Assembly (NCBI RefSeq): GCF_009914755.1
Contig: NC_060930.1
From: the human T2T-CHM13v2.0 reference genome, Homo sapiens
Reading direction: 5' to 3' (one strand)
Length of the DNA stretch: 64,000 bases
Every line of letters begins with the position of its first letter. The stretch's first letter is position 1. The position numbers and the translations under genes are program-made. This document shows positions 44,656 to 56,243 of this stretch, piece after piece. The notes under the pieces are model-generated. The model was given only the letters and a program-made list of their open reading frames with translations. It was not told the DNA's origin and ran no database searches.

Positions 44656-47600
44656 AGTAAGTTTGTGGGGTAATGGAAAAACAAAACAAAACATGAGATA
44701 AGAGTTCTAGATTTACCATGATTGTTTTGTTTAAGAGATATTGGCATTAATCTTAGTTTCCTTTTAACTTGCTCTCTCTTTCAGAGATTTATTTCACGGT
44801 TTAGAGTCACCTTCTTTGGGAAAATCAGCTAAAGTATCTCCCATGAGAAAATTATTTTACATTTCTAGTTATTCTTTATTTCTTTGCATTCTTTTATTTC
44901 ATGCTTAGTTTTAAATATTTCCTATGATAATTCATTAACGGATAACTCATTTAACCTCTTTTCCAGCTCATTTCTTTATCTTAACATGGGACTTTACAAT
45001 GTCATTCTCTTTGCACACCAGGCTTTATCTATAGAACTATATTTATGTAGAAGTCAACTTGGAATGAGTGCTATTTCTCTAAAATTCTAAGTTATAATTA
45101 TTAAAATTCTAATAGTTAACTGATGGATCTGTTCTAATTCTTAAATTTTTTTTTATCTGAAGAAAGTAAAACTGAGAATAATTTATGTGTATGAGCACAA
45201 AAAATAGCTACCATTTATTGAGGGTTTGGTAGGTACTAGGCTATTAATATATGTTGTCTCTAGTTCCAAAAACAGCCCTGAAAGGTTGACTTGAAAAGCA
45301 GAGAAGTTCAATAATTACTCCAAATTCCTAAGTTTAATAAGTGGTGGAGTCAATATTCAAACTTACTACTGAACCATATTATCATATACATATATAGGTA
45401 TTGAATTGTAACCTCCTCAACTGTAGGAACCAAGTTTTATACAGTTGTTTATTTTCCTTCATGCCTAGCACAGTGTTTTGGTATGATAACTTTTTAATAA
45501 CTACATCAAAAAGCTTGATAGCTAGTAGAGAGAGCATGTAGCCTCATTATGTGACCCCTGATTTCCCTTTGATAGTCTAGAATCAGTAAATTTTACCTAG
45601 TTTGGTAAGGGTTGATGCTCTTCAATCAGCCTGTATCTGAACAATTCATCTGTAAAATTGGAACAACAACCCATTTAGGTTGTCTTATTTGTCTAATCAC
45701 AAAATGCCTGCTTGCCTGGTGAGTCATCACTGGGTCTCACTAGTAGGTCCCTTGGCGGTACCTTAGCTCCACTAAAGACACACTATTCTTTCAGGGTGAG
45801 TGAGAGCCTCCTGACTTTAGTCCTTTGCCTAGTGTTGGCATTATCCTGAGCCTCCACCCTGGTTTCCTCATCTTGGAAAGCCTTTACTGTAAGTTCACAT
45901 TCTGCCTTGTTAGGAGTCTTTGACTAGACATACTAGGTGTACCATATTTATTTATATATTTGCTAGCCCTTTTTACTGGATTCTGACTACATCTTTTTTT
46001 TTTTACAGTTCTTGCATTTCAATTGCTTGTCCCTTACTACTGTGTGCTGTTTTATCTATTGCTTCTCGCAACTCTGTGATCTTCTCACTCATTAGGCCAA
46101 CTTTCTATCACTCCTCACTGCAGAGAAACACCACCCCCAGCCCTTTAGCTAAAACTTGATCCAAGAAAATTTTATTCTCCTGCTTTTTTAGTTGAAACAC
46201 AACAAACACATCAAACACACGTGTAAAAAATGGTTGAAATGGAGCAATTGCTTTATTTGGAAAGAAGACTACAGTTTCATTTAAAAGCAAATGAAATACT
46301 TGGTTTTTACTGTGTACCTTTTGGGGTCTTTTTCTTTCAGAACACACATTTGGGAAAGTGACCTCTATATCCTTGAAACATAAGATTATATACCACGGTG
46401 TTATGTTTCATATACTTTTTAAAAATAAAATATGAGTTATTTTAGTTTCATGTTTCCACTATGGAAAAAAAATGGGGAAAACTCTAAAGTTTGCAGCATT
46501 CAGGAAAAATTGCAAAGATTTTATTTTAAAGAGAATGTGGACTTTCATTGAAGTGTGACATCTCCAAAAATGGATTATAATCAGAAGGCCAGCAAGGCAG
46601 ATAAGCATTTTCTGATGCATAATGGTCATGACTTACAGATATATGACTTGGCCTTTTCTCAGCTCCCAAGGGCAGGAAATTATTACAAACCTGCAGACAG
46701 GCTATACTTTTCTTAAAACACTACTGCTCTACAGACAGATTAATGAGAGCTTTGTGGAAAATTACACTGCTAGAAAAAGACTGAGAAATGTTGCTTGGGA
46801 AGGAGAAGGAATTTTGTTTAGAATACTCTGGAGAATAAATATTATTTGTAAGATATCAACAGGTATCGTGTGTATAGATCTCTGATACAGAATTGGTCAG
46901 GATTTCCATAACAACTGAGGAGGTTGATTTACCTTAAAGTTGGTAATTATAAACCCTTCCTATATTCTAACACCTATAGTCTCATGTTTCAGATACCGGA
47001 CATCTGAAACGTGAAAGATTCCACTTTCATGGTCTTTACCTGCCTTTAGGGTATTAAAACATTGAGGAAAAGGATTTCTGGTGCTGTCTGCGTCTGTATG
47101 GCACTACCCAATTTGAATAGACGGAAAAGGATGTCATTATGATTCAGCTCATTTTGTCTTTGATGCTGATCAGAGACAATATGGAATTTATCTTAACATG
47201 TTCTTGTAGCACTTGTGGCAGTTCCTACCTGGGTTTAAATCACAATCAGCAGACACACTTAAAAATAGATTCCCTGATCTCACCTTAGACCATCAATACA
47301 ATTTCTTGGTCAGGACTTTGGATCTTATTTCTTTTTTTATTTTCCCCGTCTGATGAATTAGCTTTCAGAATCACTACCTTATGATGCCTAGATCAGGGAT
47401 TTGCACTCATGTGGCATTCACTATGAATTAACTGCTTATGGGGCATATTTGAAAGGGAAGACAAAGTGAAAGGTTAACTCTATTGTCCATTATTCTACCA
47501 TTTCAGCTCTGTTTTTTTCTTTCTTGAAATTTACTTGCCTTCAAGGTTTTTGTCTTAAACTACAGATACATTTGAGATTAGTAAATAGTAGTCGGAGTAG

Positions 47601-47984
47601 TAAAAAACAATTTGCAGTTCTCTTTATTTCCTGTGTTGGTGTCTTCTCCTGCTGCCCAAATTGGCCTACTGACCTGCCCTCTGAAAACACAGTCATGTTC
47701 CAGTTTTCTGACTAATCAAATTGCAAAGTAGGAGCATTTAAACATAACTCAAGGTTATGAGTCTAGAGTTGCCTGGGGCCTACCAATGAAGTTTCTCTTG
47801 CTAATTACCAGAATGGGGTCTGATGACTGAATTGTTCCTTAAGTTAGACTCTCTCCATAACCACTTATCTGTCTACATCATAAAACTGGGGAGGTTTTAA
47901 AAACTTTAGGTTTTGGGCTCCACCTTCTTCAGATTCCAGTTTAATATGCTGGGGAAGGGACTTAGTAATTTATATGTGCTCTTC

Positions 47985-49240
47985 AAATTAGCTTTACTAA
48001 ATTCACCAATTTTATGTGTTTATTTGATGGATTTTGATAACTCTACGCAGTGACATAAGCACCAAAGCAATCATGATGTAGAATGCTTGCACAATGTTTC
48101 TTAGTACCGCCTTGCAGTCTCTCCTCTGCAACCCCTGGAAACAGGCAACCACGGCATTACACTTTGGCTTTTTCTAGAATTTCACATAGAAGGAATCATA
48201 CAGAATGTAGTCTCTTGTGTCTGATTTCTTTCAATTGACAAAATACTTTTGAGATTCCTTCATGCTGTTGGGCATATTACTAATTTCCTCTTTATTGTTG
48301 AGTAGGATTCCATGGCATAGATATATCTCAACTTGCTTATCCATTTACCTATTGATAGACATTTGGATTGTTTCTAATTTGTAACTATTTTGAATAGTCC
48401 TGCTGTGAACATTCTTGTACAAGTCTTTGTGTGGACATGTATTTTCAATTCTCTTTAGGAACTATCTAGGGGTGAGATTATGGGTCATAAGTGTGTGTTT
48501 AACCTTGTCAATTACTGTATAAGAAATTGACTATTTTCCAAAGTGGCCATATAATTTTGCAGTTCCACCAGCAATGTATGAGAGTTCTAATTCCTCCACA
48601 TCTTCACCAAAATAGTATTGTCAGTCTTTTGACTTTTAGCTATTCCAGTGGGTGTATCGTGGCATCTCTTTGTGGTTTTAATTTGCATTTTCCTAATGAC
48701 TAATAATGTTGAGCATTTTTATGTACTTATCTGACATTTTAGTATCTTTTTTGGTGAAATATCCTTCACATCTATGTCCATTTGGATTTTCAGGTTGTTT
48801 ATCTTCTCATTATGGAGTCGTAAAAGTTATTTATAATTTCTGGACACAAGTGATTTATCGTATATGTGTATAATAAATATTTTCTCTCAATATGTGTCTG
48901 AAATTTGTATTCTGCTGAGTGTCTTTGGAAGATGAAACATTTTGAATTTTAACAGTGTAGTTATCAATTTCTTCTTTTATGGTTTATATTCTTTGTGTTC
49001 TATCAAAAATATTTTACCTCCTCCAAGGTCACAAACATTTTTCTAAAAGTTTTATATTTTTTGCCCTCATATTAGATATATGACTCATTTGGGCCTAATT
49101 TTTGTATATGTTGTGACATAAGGGTGAATGTTCTTTTTATGTAAGAATATCCCAGTCGTTTGAGAACATTTTACTAGAAGAAATATTATTTCTTCACTAA
49201 ATTAACTTGACATTTTGTTAAAAATAATGTAATATATGTG
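47985..49240 (-). mobile_element. Old L1MB/ME 3' region
   Basis: tgatagacatttggattgtttc...ttccaccagcaatgtatgagagttc...gtggttttaatttgcattttcctaatgactaataatgttgagca. Confidence 0.85.
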
Positions 49241-49249
49241 TGTGTGTAT

Positions 49250-52075
49250 TCTTATCTTAGATTAATTGAATTTTTAGCATTCAATTTTATCTCTATTTTT
49301 GGCTTACTAGCTATGACAATTATTTTATGAATAGTTGATCTAGGGTTTAAAATATACTTCTTTACGTTGTTATTGCCCATGTCCCAAGAATATTATACTG
49401 CATCACATATGATATAAGAAGTTTATGATAGTAAATTTCTATTTCTCCCTGACTTTTGATTCTATTGTTATTATGTATTTTATTTCTATATCTATTCTTA
49501 AACTCAAAATACATTGTTATTTTTGCTTAAATAGTGAATTATCTTTCAAGAAATAAAAAATGAGAAAAATTAGCTTCTATATTTACCCGTATAAAAACTA
49601 TTTATGACCTTCTTCATTCCTTTGTATTAATCCATATTTTCATTTGGATTATTTTTTTTCTGCCTAAAGAATTTCGTTTAACATCACTTGTGGGACTTAT
49701 CTACTGAGACACATTTTCTTCTACTTTTTGTTTTGCCTGCAAATGTTTTAATTTTGTCTTAATGAAAGAAAAATGCCTAGTATAGAATTCTAGGTTGATA
49801 GTTGACTTTTATGGTCAATACTCTAGAGATATTACTTAATTATACTTTGACTTGCATGGTTTCTGATGAGAAATCTGCTGTACTTCTTTTTACCTTTGTT
49901 TCTCTAATATGTATTATCACTGAATGCTCTTAAGCATGTTTCCTTATCACTAGTATTGAGTCATTTTATTATGATAAGCCTTGATGTAGTTTTTAAATAT
50001 TTATGGGACTTGGGGCTTATTGAACGTTTTAGATTAAGTGTGATCAAATTTGGAAAAATGGCCATTATTTCTTCAAATATTATTTCTGCCTTTGTTGTTA
50101 TATTCTTTCTAGCTGAGATTCCATTTATATGTGTTTGACTTCTTGACATTTTTACATAGAAATTTTATCTATTTATTTATTTTCCACTTTTTTCTTTTAC
50201 ATTTTCAACAGTTTCTATTGCTATAACTTTGAGTACACTGATCTTTTGTTTTGCAACATCTAATCTGCCGTTAATCCCATCATGTAATTTTAAAATTTCA
50301 GATATTGTATTTTTCATCTCTAAAAGTTATACCTGAGTATTTTGTTTACTTTCTATTTCTTTTCTTAACATGGTCATTCTTCTGGGATATATAAAAACAT
50401 ATTTAGAGTAGTTGTTTTAATGTCCTTCTCTGTCTTGCCAGGCAGGCTTTCCACTGCAGTTTATGGGGTATGTGCTGTTCTCAGTGTTGTGTAAGTTCCA
50501 GGATTTGTTTGTTCTATGTTTTCCAGTGAGTCTTTCTCCCGCCTTAGATATTTTCTTCTCAGATATGTGTACATCAGAACTTAGCTAAAGACTGGAGGGA
50601 ATCCCTCCAAAGATTTGTTTTTCAACCCACTTTTCTCCTTTTTGGTACTCTGTCCCAGTAAGTCTACCTGCTTCAACCTTCCCAAACTCTGATCCCTGTT
50701 TTCTTATTTTTCGCTGAATTTCCCCCGCCCTGTTCTGCAGCCTAGAGACTACCACCAGACAGTAACATGGGCAATTTGGTTCATCTCTTTGATTTTACTT
50801 TTCTGGAGAATTATAGTCCTATATTGACATTTATACAATGTCTGATAACAGTTGGTTCATATATTTTATTTCGTGTTCTAGTTGTTGAAGGCAGGAGGCC
50901 ACCATTTCACATTCCTACTAGCAATGTATGAAGCTTCCACATACTAACCAAGGCTTGTTATCATTATTGTCCTTTTTATATAGCTATCTTAGTGAGCATA
51001 AAATGATATCTCACGTGGTTTTGATTTGTCTTTCTCTAATGTTTGTTTATCTGAGAATGTCTTTATTTCACCTTTAATTTTGAAAAATATTTTTGCTGGA
51101 TATAAGATTCTTGGCTAACAACTTTTTTTTCCCTCCAGCATGGTGAATATGTCATTCAACTGTCTTTTGGCCTCTTTTGTTTTTCATAAGGGATTACTTC
51201 TGTATATTACTGTGGTTTTCTTTTTATATGATCAGTGGTTTTTCACTTGCTGTTTTCAAGATTTTTCTGTTTAATCCCATGTAACCATTTTTACTATGCT
51301 GAGCCTTAATCTTCTTGTGTTTATCTTACTTAGAGTTCATTCTTGCATATGTAGATAAAAGATTTTTCAGCAAATTTGGAAAGTTTTCAACCATTATTGC
51401 TTTAAATATTTTTTCTTCTCCTTTATCTTTCTCCACTTTTTCTGGTACTCTTTTTATATGTATGTTGGTACACTCACTTAAAGGTATCTCACATTTCTCT
51501 GAGGCTCCGTTCATTTTTGTTTTTATTGTTGTTCTATTTTCTGTCTGTTCTTTGGGTTTTGTAATCGTTATTGATTCACTCAATATTTCTTCTGCCAGTT
51601 CAAACCTACAGTTGAGCCCTTCTAATAAACTGTTCATTTTCTTTATCTTTTCAACTCCAGAATTAATTTTGGTCCTTGTTTTTTAATAACTTCTGCCTTT
51701 TAATTGATAGTCTGTATTTAATTAGACACTGTCATTATATCCTTTTTTTTACTTCTTTAAGCATAGTTTCCTTAGTTCTTTGAATATATTTATAATAGAT
51801 ACTTTTAAGACTTTGTTATAGCTGACATCTGGTCCATCTCACAGGCAGTTTTTGGTTGCCTGCTTTTTTTTTGCATGTATGTGAGTCACACTTTTTTTTA
51901 AAAAAATCTCATTTTTGGTTAAAAACTGGAAATTTTGTTAATATGTTATAACAATTCCAGATACTAATCCTGTTCCTCTTCTCTGGGGCTTGATTTTGTT
52001 ATTGTTTATATTTTTTGTCTTGGGTAGATTATTTTATTGAAGTCTATTTTTTTGCAGTGTGAAATCACTTGAATA
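49250..52075 (-). mobile_element. Two old L1M ORF1/5' region remnants in tandem (about 49250-50895 and 51040-52075)
   Basis: Two separate ORF1p motifs on the minus strand: EIIFEEIMAIFPNL (about 50060) and EKIFKAIMVENFPNL (about 51380). Confidence 0.8.
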
Positions 52076-52269
52076 ATCTTTTTTGAATTTGTGCTGTGTA
52101 CTGGGGGCATTTTATATATGAGAAAACCATGGCTCACTGAGATTTGATGACTTATCCAGAGCCACTTACCTAGTCACTACAGCAAAGATATTCAAATAAA
52201 AATTTGTCTAGCTTAAGAGTACTCTCCTGTGTAAGTAGGGTACCATGTTGAAGGTTGCAGAGGAAGTAT

Positions 52270-53545
52270 GTATTTATTTTCTGTTTTCTACTATAATAAA
52301 TTACCACAACGTTAATGACTTAAAAATACAAAATTTTAATATTGAGTTCTGGGCCCTCACGTGCCAAAAACCACCTGGTGTGGCAACTGCACGCCACTCT
52401 GCATCCTACAGCGTGGATCCTCTGCATGTGCTTTTGGGAGATGAGCTCACTGAAATGGCCATGTCCAGTCAAGGACACTTTGAGGGAAATTTTGAGTCTC
52501 TGGATCTTGCAGAATTTGCTCAAAATCAGCCATGGGGGAATAAGATGTTTGGACAGGAATCTGGATCTCTGGCTAAAAAGTATCCCGTGACAACCCAGCT
52601 GTTAATTGGAAGCTTCACTAGATGATGCATGGAGTTCATATTCCAAAAGGTTGAAAATTGGCTGCAACAGCTGTGGGGGGGTGAATTTTTTCTCCTTCAG
52701 CTTGCAAGTCATACTGAGTACATCAAAGATGACTGGCAACAACTAGAGGAGGACATGAAGAAAGCAAAAGAACAGCTGAAGATCCATAAAAGCAATCAGA
52801 TACCTACTAAGGTCAAGAGCAAAGCTGAGGAGGTGGTGTCATTTGTGAAGAAGAATGTTCTAATGACTGGGGAAATTTTCAGAGGTCTTCTGCTTGGCAT
52901 GGCATCATAAGGAGGATGACCTCATTTCTATTGTTCTTGTTTTTTTTCCAGCCACCAGCCTCTATACTCCATCATAGGGCATAGAGCCCTGCCTCTTCTT
53001 TTCCCATGACTTCCTCCCTGCTGTGGCAAATCCAAATGGCTTTGGGAAGCATCTGTTGGTATAAGTTAATATGGTCCTACCTTGAGCTTGATGGTGGCAG
53101 AAGAGACAATAGATATTAGTTCTCCTTCCAGTCACTATTAAAGATATGCTTTACTCAGAAAAAAAAAGACAAAAAAGCTCTGGATGCCAAAAGTTTGAAA
53201 TGAGTGTCACTGGGCTAAAATTAAGATATTGGCGTGCCTTTTCTACGTTCCTTGGATTGTAGAACTCTGCCTACATTCCTTGGATCACAGCCTTCTTCCT
53301 CTATTTTCAAGCCAGTAGCATTGGGCTGAGTCTTCCTCACACTGCCATCTCCCTTGTTCTCTCTTCTGTTTCCCTCTGCTACTGTTAATAAGCATTGTAT
53401 TTACATTGGGCACACCTGTATAACTCAGGACATTCTCCCTAATTTCAGACCAGGTGAATAGAAACCTTTATTTTATCTACCACCTTAATTTCTCTTTGCC
53501 GAATGTATTCACTGGTTCCAGAGATTTGAGCATGGACATCTTTGA
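52270..53545 (-). mobile_element. MLT1(C/D/E-like) LTR split by the FUNDC2 retrocopy
   Basis: Left part aataaattaccacaac...gagttctgg resumes at gctctggatgccaaaagtttgaaatgagtgtcactgggctaaaattaag and ends ...gagcatggacatcttt. Confidence 0.85.
52353..53175 (+). pseudogene. Processed FUNDC2 pseudogene (probably the locus named FUNDC2P3; number recalled, not verified)
   Basis: Intronless FUNDC2-like peptides ATARHS...[18 protein letters not shown]...TQLLIG and FFLLQLA...[17 protein letters not shown]...[14 protein letters not shown]...LLGMAS*. Lacks the first codons, has an in-frame TGA at 52623-52625 and frameshifts. ATTAAA at 53137-53142, A-tail 53159-53175, TSD agttctgg (52345-52352) / agctctgg (53176-53183). 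Confidence 0.95.
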
Positions 53546-54170
53546 CTGGCTATTATTTTGAGCAGAAGGTCAAAGAGAGGACAGGTATTAGTAGTCTGTG
53601 GAAAAAGCAGTATCTAGGAAATATTTGGTAGAGGAGTGAGGGAGCCTTAAGAGATTGGTAGATTGAGGGAAGAACTTGATAAAAAGTAAGAATCTTAAAG
53701 CTATATGAGGTGAGGGATAGCCAAGAAAGGTCTTAGCACAGTGATACTCAATGTGGGGTTGGGATGAGGGCACTATATTTCCACAAGGCAGCATATGAGT
53801 CTTAGAGGGTAGGTTAGTGGTCTGAAATTAAAACAGTATTTTTTATAGTCCTAGAATTTGTTTTTGTCATATTTAATGGCATTTGGATTTAAAAAATTGA
53901 AAAATGTATAACACTTTATACTTTTCACAGAAAGAGATAGGTTTTGGAAGAGTAGAGAAATACTAACTGATAAGTTGATCAGGGAGATAGGATCAGAAAT
54001 AAATACGTAAGGCTGGATTTTGAAAAGAGAGGCGACATTTCTTCCTCTGACCCAGGAGAGTGAGCGAATGACTGGCTGGGTAAAAGTCTGGATGGACTTT
54101 GGTAATAAACGGATTCAGAAGCAGGTGTGCTGCAGTATGCAAGTTCTTTGACTGGAAAACTCTTGATTTT

Positions 54171-54522
54171 GGCCTGATGCAGCAACTCACGCCTGTAATT
54201 CCAGCACTCTGGGAGCCCAAGTGGGTGGATCACCTGAGGTCAGGAGTTCAGGACCAGCCAGACCAACATGGAGAAACCCCGTCTCTACTAAAAATAAAAA
54301 AAAATAGCTGGGCATGGTGGCGCCTGCCTGTAATCCCAGCTACTCAGGAGGCTGAGGCAGGAGAATCACTTGAACCCGGAAGGCAGAGGTTGCAGTGAGC
54401 CGAGACTGCACCATTCCACTCAGCCTGGGCAACAAGAGTGAAACTCTGTCTCAAAAAAAAAAGAAAAGAAAAGAAAAAAAAAAAGAAAAAGAAAAAGAAA
54501 GAAAGAAAGAAAAGAAAAAAAG
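54171..54522 (+). mobile_element. AluSp-like with long A/GAAA tail
   Basis: gaccaacatggagaaacccc diagnostic; TSD aaactcttgatt(t/c)t at 54157-54170 and 54523-54536. Confidence 0.95.
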
Positions 54523-54733
54523 AAACTCTTGATTCTTCCAATCCTATCATATCCCATCTCTTTTTGTGAATAAACTGATTTTGATGAATAGTAAAATAAT
54601 TAAGAGCCACTGCCTTAATCATTCTAGACAGTAAAAATAAATAACTTCTCTCACTGATGGATGATTCCAGAGTTTTATCTAAATTCTGTGGAATGGTTGA
54701 AAATTGCAGAATAATTTTTTTCCTGAGGTTCTT

Positions 54734-55018
54734 TTTTTTTTTTTTTCGAGACAGAGTCTCGCCCTGTTGCCCAGGCTGGAGTGCAATGGCATGATCTTGG
54801 CTGACTGCAATCTCCACCTCCTGGGTTGAAGTGATTCTCCTGCCTCAGCCTCCCAAGTAGCTGGGATTACAGGCACCCGCCACCACGCCTGGCTAATTTT
54901 TTGTATCTTTAGTAGAGATGGGGTTGGCCAAACTGGTCTCAAACTCCTGACCTTGTGATCCGCCCGCCTTCGCTTCCCAAAGTGCTAGGATTACAGGTGT
55001 GAGCCACCGCACCTGGCT
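54734..55018 (-). mobile_element. AluS (Sg-like)
   Basis: Dimer with a small internal deletion; TSD tgaggttctt on both sides. Confidence 0.95.
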
Positions 55019-55859
55019 CTTCCTTGAGGTTCTTACTCAGAGTTGTAGTTTCAGTTATGTTTATGTCAGGTGTGCTCACATATTTGGAAGAATATGAATC
55101 CTTACTTGATATCTGACATCTTATCTCTAAGAGATAAATTTTATCTCTAAGAGATAAAAATTTCTATACATTTTTAAGACAACATTGAAAGTTGAAAAAA
55201 ATCATGTCCTGAAAATTCAGTTTGAGAAATTTTTACTCTTTTTTCCTAGTGTTAAATTTTCCCTACACAGGTATATTCCCTGGAAATTGCTATAGGCATT
55301 TTTTTTTCCAAAAGGTAGACACAGCTTCAGGGATGTGTGGAAACACTACACAATAACTACTGGATATGACTTTATGGGCTTCTGGATTTAGCATTCCTTT
55401 CTAATAGAGAAATATGAATATTATTTTTTCTCCTTGCTCATCAAATATAGCACATTATATAGTTCTTAAATTTTACTCTAGTCCATGCCTGTGGGGATTT
55501 CAAACCTAGATAAGTGCAAAGGAGCTGGAATTGCAAAAATTGTGTCAGTAAAGAGGTATACTGTGTGTAGTTTGCTGGTATGTTTTGCCAAAGTAGAATA
55601 TTGAAAATTATTATATCTATGTACTGAGTTTGGTCACTACATACTATTGGAAAATTTTATATTGTTATACAATCACTTAATTAAGCTTATAATTTCCGAA
55701 AGATAAACAAGAGCTCATTAACTATGTTTTGGGTTATTAGATTAGGAATGTTTACACTTGTATCCCCAGGGCTTTGTGCCTTGAATTTTCTTTAAAGAGA
55801 GGAAAGTCTTGGCTGAGGCTGACTTTCTGTGGAGAAAGACTTGTGAAATGCAAATGGTT

Positions 55860-56243
55860 TTCATCCATCCAAAATCTCATTATCTCAAGGCTCAATTTGG
55901 GAAAAACTTGCTTCCAAACTCATTCACTTTGCCATTGCCATGGCTCAGATTCTTGCTGGCTATTTGTTGGAGCTAACAGTTTCTTGCCATGTGGACCTCT
56001 GTGTGGGGCCAGCCCAGGTGAGATCTGGCTTCCCTGAGGTGGGGGGCGGATAGAGAGAGAGAGATCGAGAGAGAGAGGGGAGAACATCACAGTCTTTGGT
56101 AACTAATTGTGGAAGTGATATCCTGTTACTTTTGCCATATTCTATTCATTAGAAGTAAGTCACTAGGTCCAGCAATTCAAGGGGAGGGGAATGCACAAGG
56201 GAATGAACACAAGGAGGCAGGATCATCTTAGAGGCTGCCTATT
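55860..56243 (-). mobile_element. MLT1 LTR fragment with (GA)n
   Basis: gttacttttgccatattctattcattagaagtaagtcactaggtccagc...caaggggaggggaa. Confidence 0.8.
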
